Shown here one piece after another: positions 20,524-29,111 of a stretch of 64,000 bases of DNA. A program made the position numbers and the translations under genes. Positions within the stretch are counted from its first letter, which is position 1. Each line of letters starts with the position of its first letter. The notes below the pieces were generated by a model. That model saw nothing but the letters and a program-made list of their open reading frames with translations, searched no databases and had not been told where the DNA came from. This stretch comes from Candidatus Latescibacterota bacterium (GTDB taxonomy: Bacteria > Latescibacterota > UBA2968 > UBA8231), in contig OZ241867.1 in NCBI GenBank assembly GCA_965203175.1, positions 832,001 to 896,000 on the forward strand, read 5' to 3'.

Positions 20524-20663
20524 CGGCAGAACGGCTCACCAGAACCGATCTTTGAAAGCGATAACGACCGCACTTGGTTCCGAATGCGTCTACCGGTCCA
20601 TGAACGGGCTTCTCGTGCGGCGACCGAACATGAGACCGAACAAGATAAGTCATTGAAAAATAA
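20524..20663 (+). pseudogene. Diverged partial copy of the AlbA_2 ATP-binding gene (matches 23484-23635)
   Basis: RQNGSPEPIFESDNDRTWFRMRLPVHER..QDKSLKNK aligns to RQNGSPVPIFESDEDRTWFRVRLPVHER..QDKSLKNK. Confidence 0.85.
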
Positions 20664-20732
20664 GAAGAAAAGGGGCGAGTGCCCGCCCGACACCCCGGAA
20701 CACCATCGCGCGCATAGTCGTGCCGTTCATCG

Positions 20733-20779
20733 CGGTGAATTAAGCGTTGAGGAGAACGGTGAATTAAGCGTTGAGGAGA
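20733..20779 (+). repeat. Tandem direct duplication, 24-bp period
   Basis: CGGTGAATTAAGCGTTGAGGAGA occurs twice, at 20733 and 20757. Confidence 0.9.
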
Positions 20780-20810
20780 GATGATGAAAATGAGAGCTTC
20801 TAGCGATCAT

Positions 20811-20834
20811 CATAGCGGTTGACCGCTATGTTTT
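20811..20834. terminator. Hairpin between convergent genes
   Basis: CATAGCGGT-TG-ACCGCTATG followed by TTTT. Confidence 0.5.
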
Positions 20835-20892
20835 CGGGCTGATGATAGGCGTTTTGGCAGGGCCTCTTAGTAACTGACGTTACGCGGCGGCC

Positions 20893-21135
20893 CTATTCGG
20901 CTTGGTCTAACAGGAGCCTAAAGGCTTCAAGGCTGGGCACCTGTATGGCCGCCCGAAACAACTGCTTGAGACGCGGCACATCGTCAATGTCCCCAAGGCG
21001 GGAGGCCAAGCGGCGCACGGCCTCCGGCTGAAAGCGCAGTTCCAACACTTCTTGAATGCTTTCGCGGATGCCTTGCTCAATGCCTTGCTTGATGCCCTTT
21101 TCCGTGAAATACTGCACTACCGACGATTCGTACAT
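20893..21135 (-). CDS. Putative intragenic Rpn small antitoxin (RpnS, 80 aa, in frame)
   Basis: Internal GGAGG-5nt-ATG (CGGAGGCGACCATG on the minus strand) before MYESSVVQYF. Confidence 0.6.
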   Translation of the reverse strand: MYESSVVQYFTEKGIKQGIEQGIRESIQEVLELRFQPEAVRRLASRLGDIDDVPRLKQLFRAAIQVPSLEAFRLLLDQAE

Positions 21136-21768
21136 GGTCGCCTCCGACATGATGGTCATAACCGTTTCTGATTTATACACTAATCCGCTCAAAATGGCAA
21201 GATCGGCCAGATAATTGGCCTTGACGGTTTCGTCCATCGGCACCTCTTGCGCCCGGTGGATACACTGGCGCAACCACGCCTCAGCATCCACCCCCGCCGG
21301 ACGCTGCATCAACGGCGCAAACGGAAGCAAGCCTACATGTTCCCCGTCGAAGATGCGCTGACCGTCTAGTTCAATCAGCCGAATCACTTGGTATTGCACC
21401 AAGACGCGAAAGCCGTGTCGCTCTTGGAGATAGTGTCCCGGATCGGTGCGGCCGGCGTCGGGACGCAGATAGATGACGCTGGAGTAGATGGGTAGGCCGT
21501 GCTGCTCAATGCTGCGGCCGATATAACCCGCCATCCGCCGCGGCATGGGCGGGGTGCTGTCGGTGGTTTGAAACTCGTGATGCACCAACGCCTCCTCGTC
21601 GCCGATTTGCACGCGGATGAGGCTGTCGGTGCGGTGGGCTTCGACGGTGGGTTGCTCGGTGTCGATCACGTCGATCACCTCAATGTCGTCTTGGTGGAGG
21701 GCGAAGCGGGCGAAGTCGTGGGGGTAGGTGTGAATGAGATGTTTGGCGATGGTATCGAATTCGGCCAT
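20893..21768 (-). CDS. Rpn family recombination-promoting nuclease/putative transposase (PD-(D/E)XK)
   Basis: FDTIAKHL, RTDSLI..HHEFQT, MPRRMAGY, LLPFAPLM, GIKQGIEQG; likely start MAEFD. Confidence 0.88.
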   Translation of the reverse strand: MAEFDTIAKHLIHTYPHDFARFALHQDDIEVIDVIDTEQPTVEAHRTDSLIRVQIGDEEALVHHEFQTTDSTPPMPRRMAGYIGRSIEQHGLPIYSSVIYLRPDAGRTDPGHYLQERHGFRVLVQYQVIRLIELDGQRIFDGEHVGLLPFAPLMQRPAGVDAEAWLRQCIHRAQEVPMDETVKANYLADLAILSGLVYKSETVMTIMSEATMYESSVVQYFTEKGIKQGIEQGIRESIQEVLELRFQPEAVRRLASRLGDIDDVPRLKQLFRAAIQVPSLEAFRLLLDQAE

Positions 21769-21810
21769 GAGCCATGCCTTGGGTTGCGGGTGGGGTGGTA
21801 CCCGCAAGGG

Positions 21811-21825
21811 GCAAGAATCGTGCCA
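21811..21825 (-). promoter_or_regulatory. Sigma54 (-24/-12) promoter upstream of rpn
   Basis: Minus strand TGGCACGATTCTTGC is a perfect TGGCACG-N4-TTGC match, about 40 nt before the ATG. Confidence 0.8.
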
Positions 21826-21935
21826 AGGCGGCGGCTCAGAGGGGAGGAGCGGGCTAGAAGGCGCTGGAGTGTAGCGGAATGGATACAGCAATGGAGGGTT
21901 GGGAACAAAAGCTGCGTAACATCACTTAGTAAGAG

Positions 21936-22128
21936 CTAAAATGTCCGGCGAGAGGCTTCGTCAAGCAATCGGTCCTGTGTCTTCCTGATTTCTTCAATCA
22001 CTGGGTCAATTTCCTCGTGGCATCGCCACGCCGGTATTCGCAGGATTGTCCAACCGAGATTGACTAGAACGCGGTCTCGTGCGCCGTTGTTGGCTTCTGC
22101 GTCAGATACGTAGCTCTTTGGGGAGTTT
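21936..22128 (-). pseudogene. C-terminal remnant of a DUF559/Vsr-like endonuclease domain
   Basis: Start-less frame reading ..ARDRVLVNLGWTILRIPAWRCHEEIDPVIEEIRK..; upstream in-frame stop. Confidence 0.5.
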
Positions 22129-22313
22129 CATCCTCGGTCCTTAGAGGGTGCCATCAGTGCGGGCCTGATTGTCGATGCGATAAAACAGGGCTATTATAAA
22201 ACTGGCTAAACTGAATGTAGTGCAAATCTTTAGTGCAAGGGACATCCTAGACCACGGGACGGCATGAACACAGCGCTCATCGCCTCCAAAGTCCAGCACT
22301 TCTACATACAAAC

Positions 22314-23933
22314 ATGACCAGCAAACTTCCCATCAACATCGACCACCTGCTGCGCCAGCGCCCCATCGAAGGCGAACGCATCGAGTACAAAGCTGGTTGG
22401 AATCCGCAGAGCGTGCTGCACACCATCTGCGCCTTCGCCAACGACTTCCACAATCTAGGCGGCGGTTACGTGGTGTTGGGCGTTGAGGAACAAAATGGCC
22501 GCCCAATTTTACCGCCCAGAGGCATTAACCTTGATGCCATCGATGCGATACAGAAGGAACTACTCAATCTGGGGCATGTCGCCATACAGCCGCATTACCA
22601 TCCCCTCACCGCTACCTATAACGTCGATGGCCAGACCATCCTCGTCCTCTGGGTGCCCGGCGGCGAAACCCGTCCCTACAAAGCCAAAGTGAATCTGAGT
22701 GCGGAGCGCGACGATTGGGCTTACTTCATTCGCAGACACAGCAGCACGGTTCGCGCCAAGGGTCAGGACGAGCGTGAGCTGCTCAGTCTGGCGGCCACAG
22801 TACCTTTTGACGACCGCTATCGCCAGACTGCTTCGCTTGATGACCTGTCCTATCGGCTGATCCGTGAGTTTTTAGGGGAAATCGGCAGCGAACTGGCATC
22901 GGAAGCAGAGGGCCTATCTGTTGAGGACTTGGGCAAGCGCCTGAATATCGTCGGCGGGCCGCCCGAGGCGATGTTTCCGAAGAACGTCGGTCTGCTGTTC
23001 TTCAATGAGCGGCCAGACAGGTTTTTTCCGGCCACCCAGATCGATGTCGTGTGGTTTCCCGATGGGCCGGGCGGCGATCAGTTCGAGGAGAATGAGTTCC
23101 GCGGGCCGTTGTCCATCATTCTCAGCGAGGCGATCAGTTACATTGAGCGGAACTACCTGAAGGAAACCGTCGTCAAGTATCCCCACAAACCGGAGGCCGA
23201 GCGATTCTGGAATTTTCCGATTGGTGCCATCGAAGAGGCGCTGGTGAACGCCATCTACCATCGCTCATACGAGGAGCGGGAGCCGGTTGAAGTTCGGATC
23301 ACCCGCGAAGAGTTGCTGGTCTTGAGTTATCCCGGTGCAGACCGCTCCATCCGTATGGATGACTTCAAGAAGGGGCAGGCCGTGAGCAGGCGCTACCGGA
23401 ACCGGCGTATTGGTGAGTTTCTGAAAGAACTCGACCTCGCCGAGGCGCGCTCAACCGGCGTGCCGAAAATCTTCCGGGCCATGCGGCAGAACGGCTCACC
23501 GGTACCCATCTTCGAAAGCGATGAGGATCGGACCTGGTTTCGTGTGCGCCTACCGGTGCATGAGCGGGTTTCTCTTGCGGCGACCGACCAAGATACCATA
23601 CATGACACCCAACAAGATAAGTCATTGAAAAATAAAGAGAAAGATCAAGATACCCCCCAAGATACCCCCCAAGATACCCCCCAAGATAATGGGCATATTG
23701 AACGGCTGGTGGCAGCCCTGACCGGGGAGATGAGCCGCGCTGAATTGTTGGCGGCACTGCTACTCACAGACCGGAAAAACCTCAGAACATCCTACCTGCA
23801 ACCGGCTCTTGACGCTGGCCTGATCGAGATGACTCTCCCCGACAAGCCCACTAGTCGCCACCAGCGCTATCGCCGAACTGCCGACGGCGAGGCGCTCGCT
23901 GAACAAATCAAACGGAAGAACGCCCCCACATGA
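22314..23933 (+). CDS. Schlafen/AlbA_2 DNA-binding domain + HATPase_c_4 + C-terminal HTH protein
   Basis: ERIEYKAGW, ICAFAND..GGYVVLGV, EEALVNAIYHRSY, RYRNRRIGEFLKEL, GLIEMTLPDKPTS..QRY. Confidence 0.88.
   Translation: MTSKLPINIDHLLRQRPIEGERIEYKAGWNPQSVLHTICAFANDFHNLGGGYVVLGVEEQNGRPILPPRGINLDAIDAIQKELLNLGHVAIQPHYHPLTATYNVDGQTILVLWVPGGETRPYKAKVNLSAERDDWAYFIRRHSSTVRAKGQDERELLSLAATVPFDDRYRQTASLDDLSYRLIREFLGEIGSELASEAEGLSVEDLGKRLNIVGGPPEAMFPKNVGLLFFNERPDRFFPATQIDVVWFPDGPGGDQFEENEFRGPLSIILSEAISYIERNYLKETVVKYPHKPEAERFWNFPIGAIEEALVNAIYHRSYEEREPVEVRITREELLVLSYPGADRSIRMDDFKKGQAVSRRYRNRRIGEFLKELDLAEARSTGVPKIFRAMRQNGSPVPIFESDEDRTWFRVRLPVHERVSLAATDQDTIHDTQQDKSLKNKEKDQDTPQDTPQDTPQDNGHIERLVAALTGEMSRAELLAALLLTDRKNLRTSYLQPALDAGLIEMTLPDKPTSRHQRYRRTADGEALAEQIKRKNAPT
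23646..23688 (+). repeat. 12-bp coding tandem repeat (QDTP)x3.5
   Basis: CAAGATACCCCC three times, then CAAGATA. Confidence 0.9.
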
Positions 23934-24065
23934 ACACCGCTCCCATCGTCTCCAAAGTCTGGAGCTTCTGCACTACCCTACGCGATGACGGGGTGAGCTA
24001 TGGCGACTACCTAGAAGCAGCTCACCTATCTGATCTTCCTCAAGATGGCCGACGTCTACGACTAA
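23930..24065 (+). pseudogene. hsdM: Type I restriction-modification methyltransferase N-terminal remnant (frameshifted, truncated)
   Basis: MNTAPIVSKVWSFCTTLRDDGVSYGDYLE, one extra base, then QLTYLIFLKMAD and an early stop. Confidence 0.88.
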
Positions 24066-24074
24066 GGATAATCG

Positions 24075-25520
24075 ATGCCAAAACGACCCAATGTGATTCT
24101 TATCGTCGCCGACGACATGGGCTATGGCGATTTCGGCGTTTTTAACGACGGCCCGGCCCGCACGCCCCATCTCGACGCGCTGGTCGGCGAGGGGGTCTGT
24201 CTGACCCAACACTACGCCGGGTCGCCGGCCTGCTCGCCGTCGCGGGCGGCGCTTCTTACGGGTCGTTACCCGCACCGCACCGGCGCGTTGACACCGATGG
24301 AGGTGCGCGGGATGGACCGCATCGCGCTCGACGAGGTGACCATCGGCAATGCGTACAAACACGCGGGGTATGCGACGGGGCTGATCGGCAAGTGGCACAA
24401 TGGAGCGTTTGATGATCGCTATCATCCCAACGCACGCGGCTTCGATGAGTTTTTGGGCTTTCGCGGCGGGTGGATGGATTACTTTGACTGGTGGATCGAG
24501 CGCAACGGGCGGCGCGAGACCGCGGACGGGCGCTATTTGACCGATGTGTTCACCGACGAGGCGGTGGATTTTATCACGCGGCACCGGCAGGACCCCTTTC
24601 TGCTCTGCATGATGTACAATGCGCCGCATTCGCCGTTGCAGGCCCCCAACGAAACGGTGCAGCCCTATCTCGACGCGGGGATGAGCCCGGGCGTAGCGAT
24701 TACCTACGCCATGAACGAGATCATGGATCGGGGCGTCGGGCGGATCGCGGAAACATTGGCAGACTTGGGACTGGCGGACGATACGATCCTGATGTTCACC
24801 AGCGACAACGGACCGGCGTTCAGGTTGCGGCCCGACCAAGTGCCCGAGGGGATGAGCACGGATACACGGCGCTACAATTGCGGCTTTAACGGGCAGAAAG
24901 GGTCGGTTTACGAGGGCGGCATCCGGGTGCCGATGATCGTGCGCTGGCGCGGCGGGTTGGAGGGGGGGCGGCAGATCGACGAGTTGGTGCACGGTATGGA
25001 CTGGTTGCCGACCTTGGCCGGGTTGTGCGGCATCGAGCGGCCCGGCGGGCGGGCCCTAGACGGGCGCGACGCGGCCGCGGTGTTGCGCGGTGCCGGCGAT
25101 GACGCTCCTGCGCGATTTTGGCAGCTCAACCAATTTCAGCCCGTCGGCTGGATCAACGCGGCGATGCGCGAGGGGTCGTGGAAGCTGGTCCGTCCCCAGT
25201 TGGCGCAAAAGCCCAAGACCGATGCGGATAAGCGCGTGATGGAGCGCTACGTGGAGATTGATATCCAATACAAATACCACCCCGACGAGGTGACGGAGCT
25301 AATGAGCGAGCCGGATCCCGAGTTGATTGTCCCGCCGCCAGCTGATTTGGAGTTGTATAATATTGACGACGACCCGCTTGAACAGAACAACATGGCGACG
25401 GATGAGTCGGAGCGCGCGGGCCGGATGTTAGGGGCGTTGGAGACATGGTTTGAGGGAGTCGAGGCAGAAAGGCGGCGGATTCAGCCCGACGGCTCTATAC
25501 TGGAAATCGTGGACGATTGA
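24075..25520 (+). CDS. Cys-type arylsulfatase
   Basis: PNVILIVADDMG, CSPSRAALLTGR, GKWH, FTSDNG, YEGGIRVP. Confidence 0.93.
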   Translation: MPKRPNVILIVADDMGYGDFGVFNDGPARTPHLDALVGEGVCLTQHYAGSPACSPSRAALLTGRYPHRTGALTPMEVRGMDRIALDEVTIGNAYKHAGYATGLIGKWHNGAFDDRYHPNARGFDEFLGFRGGWMDYFDWWIERNGRRETADGRYLTDVFTDEAVDFITRHRQDPFLLCMMYNAPHSPLQAPNETVQPYLDAGMSPGVAITYAMNEIMDRGVGRIAETLADLGLADDTILMFTSDNGPAFRLRPDQVPEGMSTDTRRYNCGFNGQKGSVYEGGIRVPMIVRWRGGLEGGRQIDELVHGMDWLPTLAGLCGIERPGGRALDGRDAAAVLRGAGDDAPARFWQLNQFQPVGWINAAMREGSWKLVRPQLAQKPKTDADKRVMERYVEIDIQYKYHPDEVTELMSEPDPELIVPPPADLELYNIDDDPLEQNNMATDESERAGRMLGALETWFEGVEAERRRIQPDGSILEIVDD

Positions 25521-25674
25521 AGGTGAGTGAACAGCGTCCGGAACAACGATCCGGACATCCTTGACCCCATGCCTCAGCGGAGCCTATTTTGCCCATAGAA
25601 GGCGGAAATCGGCGTTAGCGACTTCTGCACATCCGAAGTCGCGCTTTCTATGTTTGCCTAGAGAAAGAGAGAAC

Positions 25675-26832
25675 ATGAAGATCACCGACATTAAGGTTAC
25701 GCCCTCCCTCGGCGCGGAAACTCGCCACTGGTCCTTGCTGAAAATCTTCACGGACGAAGGCATCGTCGGCCTCGGCGAATGGGCTGGGGGCCCCATCGAG
25801 CAGCTCAAAAAGATGCTCATCGGCCGCGACCCGACCAACATCAATCAACTGCACTACGACCACCTGTGGCAGATGCAGGGCCGCGGCGCTGGCGTGGAAA
25901 TCGCCCTCTGGGACATTCGCGGCAAGCAGCTAAACGCACCCATGCACGAACTGCTGGGCGGCAAACTGCGCGACCGCATCCGCGTATACTGCGACTGCCA
26001 CTCGGGCGCGCACTGGACGCGGGAGGACTACGCGCGGCGCTGGCAGGAGACGCGGGCCAGCGGGCAATTGGATCCGGTGTACGAAACCAGCGCCTACGTA
26101 TCCATGGCCCAAGAGGTGGTGGCCGAAGGATACACCGCAATCAAATTCGATCTCGACGTGCCCAACCCCTGGAAGCTCGACGTGTACGACCGCTCCATTA
26201 GCCGCCGACAGCACCATCACATCGTCACCACCATCGAAAGCCTGCGCCAGGCAATAGGCCCTTACATCGACTTATCCATCGATTTGCACGGTTCCTTCAA
26301 CCTCGCCGACGCCCTGCGCATCTGCAAAGACGTGGAACACCTCGACCTGCTTTGGTTGGAGGATCCCATCCGCTGGGAGTGGGGCAATGTCGCCGCCTTG
26401 GCCAAGATCTGCCAGCAGACCGAGACGCCGATCTGCACCGGCGAGATCTTTTACGGAGCCAAGATGTTCCGCGAGCTAATGGAACAACAGGCCTGCGACC
26501 TGCTAGAGCCAGACATCCCCCACAGCGGCGGAGCCATTGAAATCCGCCGCATCGCCGAACTGGCCGAGATGTACCACATGTCGGTCGCCCCCCACTACAT
26601 GCGGAGCGCGGTTACGGGCATAGCCGCGGTGCATATCTGCGCCACCCTGCCCAACTTCCTCGCCCTAGAGCACCACTCGCGCAACATCCCGCTGTGGAGC
26701 ACCATGCTCGACATCAAGAACCCAATTCAGCAAGGTTACATCGACGTGCCCGACGGCCCTGGCTTGGGCATCGATCTAGACGAAGAAGCCATCGCCGCCG
26801 CACTACCTGCCGGAGTGCCGCTGTGGTCCTGA
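25675..26832 (+). CDS. Mandelate racemase/muconate lactonizing enzyme family (sugar-acid dehydratase-like)
   Basis: EIALWDIRGK, DLHG, WLEDP, TGE, VAPH, GPGLGI; start MKITDIK. Confidence 0.9.
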   Translation: MKITDIKVTPSLGAETRHWSLLKIFTDEGIVGLGEWAGGPIEQLKKMLIGRDPTNINQLHYDHLWQMQGRGAGVEIALWDIRGKQLNAPMHELLGGKLRDRIRVYCDCHSGAHWTREDYARRWQETRASGQLDPVYETSAYVSMAQEVVAEGYTAIKFDLDVPNPWKLDVYDRSISRRQHHHIVTTIESLRQAIGPYIDLSIDLHGSFNLADALRICKDVEHLDLLWLEDPIRWEWGNVAALAKICQQTETPICTGEIFYGAKMFRELMEQQACDLLEPDIPHSGGAIEIRRIAELAEMYHMSVAPHYMRSAVTGIAAVHICATLPNFLALEHHSRNIPLWSTMLDIKNPIQQGYIDVPDGPGLGIDLDEEAIAAALPAGVPLWS

Positions 26833-26869
26833 GCCGCGCATCCGCGAATCACTTTTAACTGGAGCTATT

Positions 26870-28318
26870 ATGAAATCGCAAAACTACATCGACGGCCAGT
26901 GGGTTGGAGCCTCGGACGGAAAGACCTTCGCCCAGCACAATCCAGCCGACCTAGAACACGTAACCGGGGAGTGGCCCCAAGGCACCAGCGCCGACGCCGA
27001 GCAGGCCATTGAAGCGGCGCACGCGGCATTTCCAGCGTGGGCCGACATGGGGGTGTACCAGCGGGCAGAGTACTTGTCGCGGGCGGTCGCAGTGCTAAAG
27101 GAGCGGGCCGAAGAAATCGCCGCCATCCTCACCGCAGAAAACGGCAAGACGCTCGACGAAGCGCGCACCGAAATAGGGTCGGCAGTGCGCGAGATGGAGT
27201 TCCAGATCGCCCAGGGGATCTCCATGTGCGGCCAGACCGCGCCCTCGGCGCAAGCTGGGGTGTTTGCCTACAGCGTGCGGCGGCCCCTCGGGGTGGCGTC
27301 GATCATCAGCCCTTGGAACTTTCCGTTCAACGTGCCGGGGCGCAAGTGCACGCCAGCGCTGATCAGCGGCAACACCATCGTTTTCAAGCCAGCGAGCCTG
27401 ACGCCCGGAGCCGGGCGAGCTTTCGTCGATATTTTTGCCGAGGCTGGGCTACCTCCGGGCGTGCTGAACTTCGTCTGCGGCGGGGGCAGCACAGTCGGAG
27501 AAACCATGATCACGCATCCATTAGTGCAGTCGATTTCCTTTACGGGCTCGACCCAAGTGGGCCGGGGCATTCAGCAGCGCGCCGCCCAAGGGATCATCCG
27601 CACGCAACTGGAAATGGGCGGCAAAAATCCCGCAGTTATCTTGGCCGACGCCGACCTCGACATGGCCGCGGATGCCGTCGTCAAGGCAGCTTACGCCTGC
27701 GCCGGACAGTGGTGCACTTCGACGAGCCGCGCAATTGCCGAGCGCGAGGTCGCCGAGGCCTTCACCGACAAAGTGCTAGAGCGCGTCAAGCAAATTCGCA
27801 TCGGAAATGGGACAGAGGATGGGGTGGATATGGGGCCGGTGTGCGGCACGGACCAGCTCGAAACCATCGAAGCCTACATCGAGATCGGCAAAGCAGAAGG
27901 AGCCTGCATCGCGCACGGCGGCGAGCGCCTGACCGACAACGGGCTCGACAAAGGGTGTTTTATCGCGCCGACAGTCTTTACCAACGTCCAGCCGCAGATG
28001 CGCATCGCTCAGGAGGAGATCTTCGGCCCGGTGTTGTGCCTAATGGTAGCAGAGGGTTTCTCCGAAGCCCTAGAGATCGCCAATGGCGTGGAGTTTGGGC
28101 TGGCGTCGTCCATTTTCACGCGGGACATTGGGCGGGCTTTTCAGTTTTTAGCAGAGACTGACGTAGGGCTGACGCACGTAAACATGATGACGGCCTACCG
28201 CGAGCCCCAACTCTCATTCGGCGGGGTCAAGGCTTCCGGGCACGGGATCCCGGAATCGGGCGACACTGGGATCGAGTTTTTCACCGAGCACAAAGTCGCC
28301 TTTATCAATTATCACTAA
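26870..28318 (+). CDS. Aldehyde dehydrogenase (2,5-dioxovalerate dehydrogenase-like)
   Basis: PWNFP, FTGST, LEMGGKN, GQWCTS, EEIFGP. Confidence 0.92.
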   Translation: MKSQNYIDGQWVGASDGKTFAQHNPADLEHVTGEWPQGTSADAEQAIEAAHAAFPAWADMGVYQRAEYLSRAVAVLKERAEEIAAILTAENGKTLDEARTEIGSAVREMEFQIAQGISMCGQTAPSAQAGVFAYSVRRPLGVASIISPWNFPFNVPGRKCTPALISGNTIVFKPASLTPGAGRAFVDIFAEAGLPPGVLNFVCGGGSTVGETMITHPLVQSISFTGSTQVGRGIQQRAAQGIIRTQLEMGGKNPAVILADADLDMAADAVVKAAYACAGQWCTSTSRAIAEREVAEAFTDKVLERVKQIRIGNGTEDGVDMGPVCGTDQLETIEAYIEIGKAEGACIAHGGERLTDNGLDKGCFIAPTVFTNVQPQMRIAQEEIFGPVLCLMVAEGFSEALEIANGVEFGLASSIFTRDIGRAFQFLAETDVGLTHVNMMTAYREPQLSFGGVKASGHGIPESGDTGIEFFTEHKVAFINYH

Positions 28319-29093
28319 TAGGCTGGTAGGTCGGGAAGACGCGGGGAAAGGCGCAGCCCGAGGTCTTTTGACGGGTAGCCGCGTCAATGTAGCAGACGCT
28401 AAACGCGCGGCGCGGACGGTTGGTGTTATTCGTCTCCGAGCGGTGCAAGGTCCAGTTGTGCAAAAGCACCACCTCGCCTTTTTCCATTTCCAAATACAGC
28501 CGCTTCTCATCCGGGGCGTGCTGCGCGCGCTCGTCCGCCGAGAGCTGATCGCCCGTCTCGGGGATCATGGTGTGGTGCGAGCTGGGGATGATTTGCAGGC
28601 AGCCATTGGCAACGCACGTGTCGTCGAGCGCGGTCCACACCGTGACCTTGGGGGGAATGCTCAGTTGCCAGCCGCCAGCGCCGTCTTGGTGCCAGTTGAT
28701 CAGGACGCCCTGCTCGGCGGGCTTGTTGAAAAACATGGCGCGAAAAATCGAGACCTCCGCGCTGACGATTTTGGCGGTTAGATCGCGGAAGAGCGGCTTT
28801 TGCATGTAGTCCAAGAACAGCGGATCCTGCTCCAGATCCTGAATTTTGCGGTACTTGAGCGAGGAGCCCTTAAACTCTTTAGTCTGCCGCGAAAGATCGG
28901 GGTTGCCGGCCGAAGGGCATAGCTGCATGAGCATGTCGTCGTAGCGCACTTCGCCGAGCATGATCTGGTCGATGCGCTGGCAGAGGGCGTCGATTTCCTC
29001 ATGGGAAGCCACGTGGCCGAGGCGCACATAGCCCTGATCGTGAAACTGGTCGAGTTCGGCGGCACTGAGCGCGGAGGCGTGGAGATCGGTCAT
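28305..29093 (-). CDS. Phytanoyl-CoA dioxygenase (PhyH) family Fe/2OG enzyme
   Basis: WHQD..NGCLQIIPSSH..LHRSETN..R. Confidence 0.9.
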   Translation of the reverse strand: MTDLHASALSAAELDQFHDQGYVRLGHVASHEEIDALCQRIDQIMLGEVRYDDMLMQLCPSAGNPDLSRQTKEFKGSSLKYRKIQDLEQDPLFLDYMQKPLFRDLTAKIVSAEVSIFRAMFFNKPAEQGVLINWHQDGAGGWQLSIPPKVTVWTALDDTCVANGCLQIIPSSHHTMIPETGDQLSADERAQHAPDEKRLYLEMEKGEVVLLHNWTLHRSETNNTNRPRRAFSVCYIDAATRQKTSGCAFPRVFPTYQPISDN

Positions 29094-29111
29094 GGCAAGT
29101 TCCTTTTGGTC

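Noticed and set aside
20733-20779. Direct repeat as a CRISPR array
   Set aside because: Only two adjacent copies with no spacer, and no cas genes in the window
20893-21768. Rpn gene as an active IS transposase
   Set aside because: No terminal inverted repeats or target duplication seen, and the family is not shown to transpose
23646-23688. Tandem repeat as CRISPR or a non-coding VNTR
   Set aside because: It is an in-frame 12-bp coding repeat within the AlbA_2 gene
23973-24992. Long antisense ORFs (also 40405-41550, 45800-47065, 54631-55512, 16167-17084)
   Set aside because: Shadow frames opposite well-supported genes, expected in high-GC DNA; no motifs
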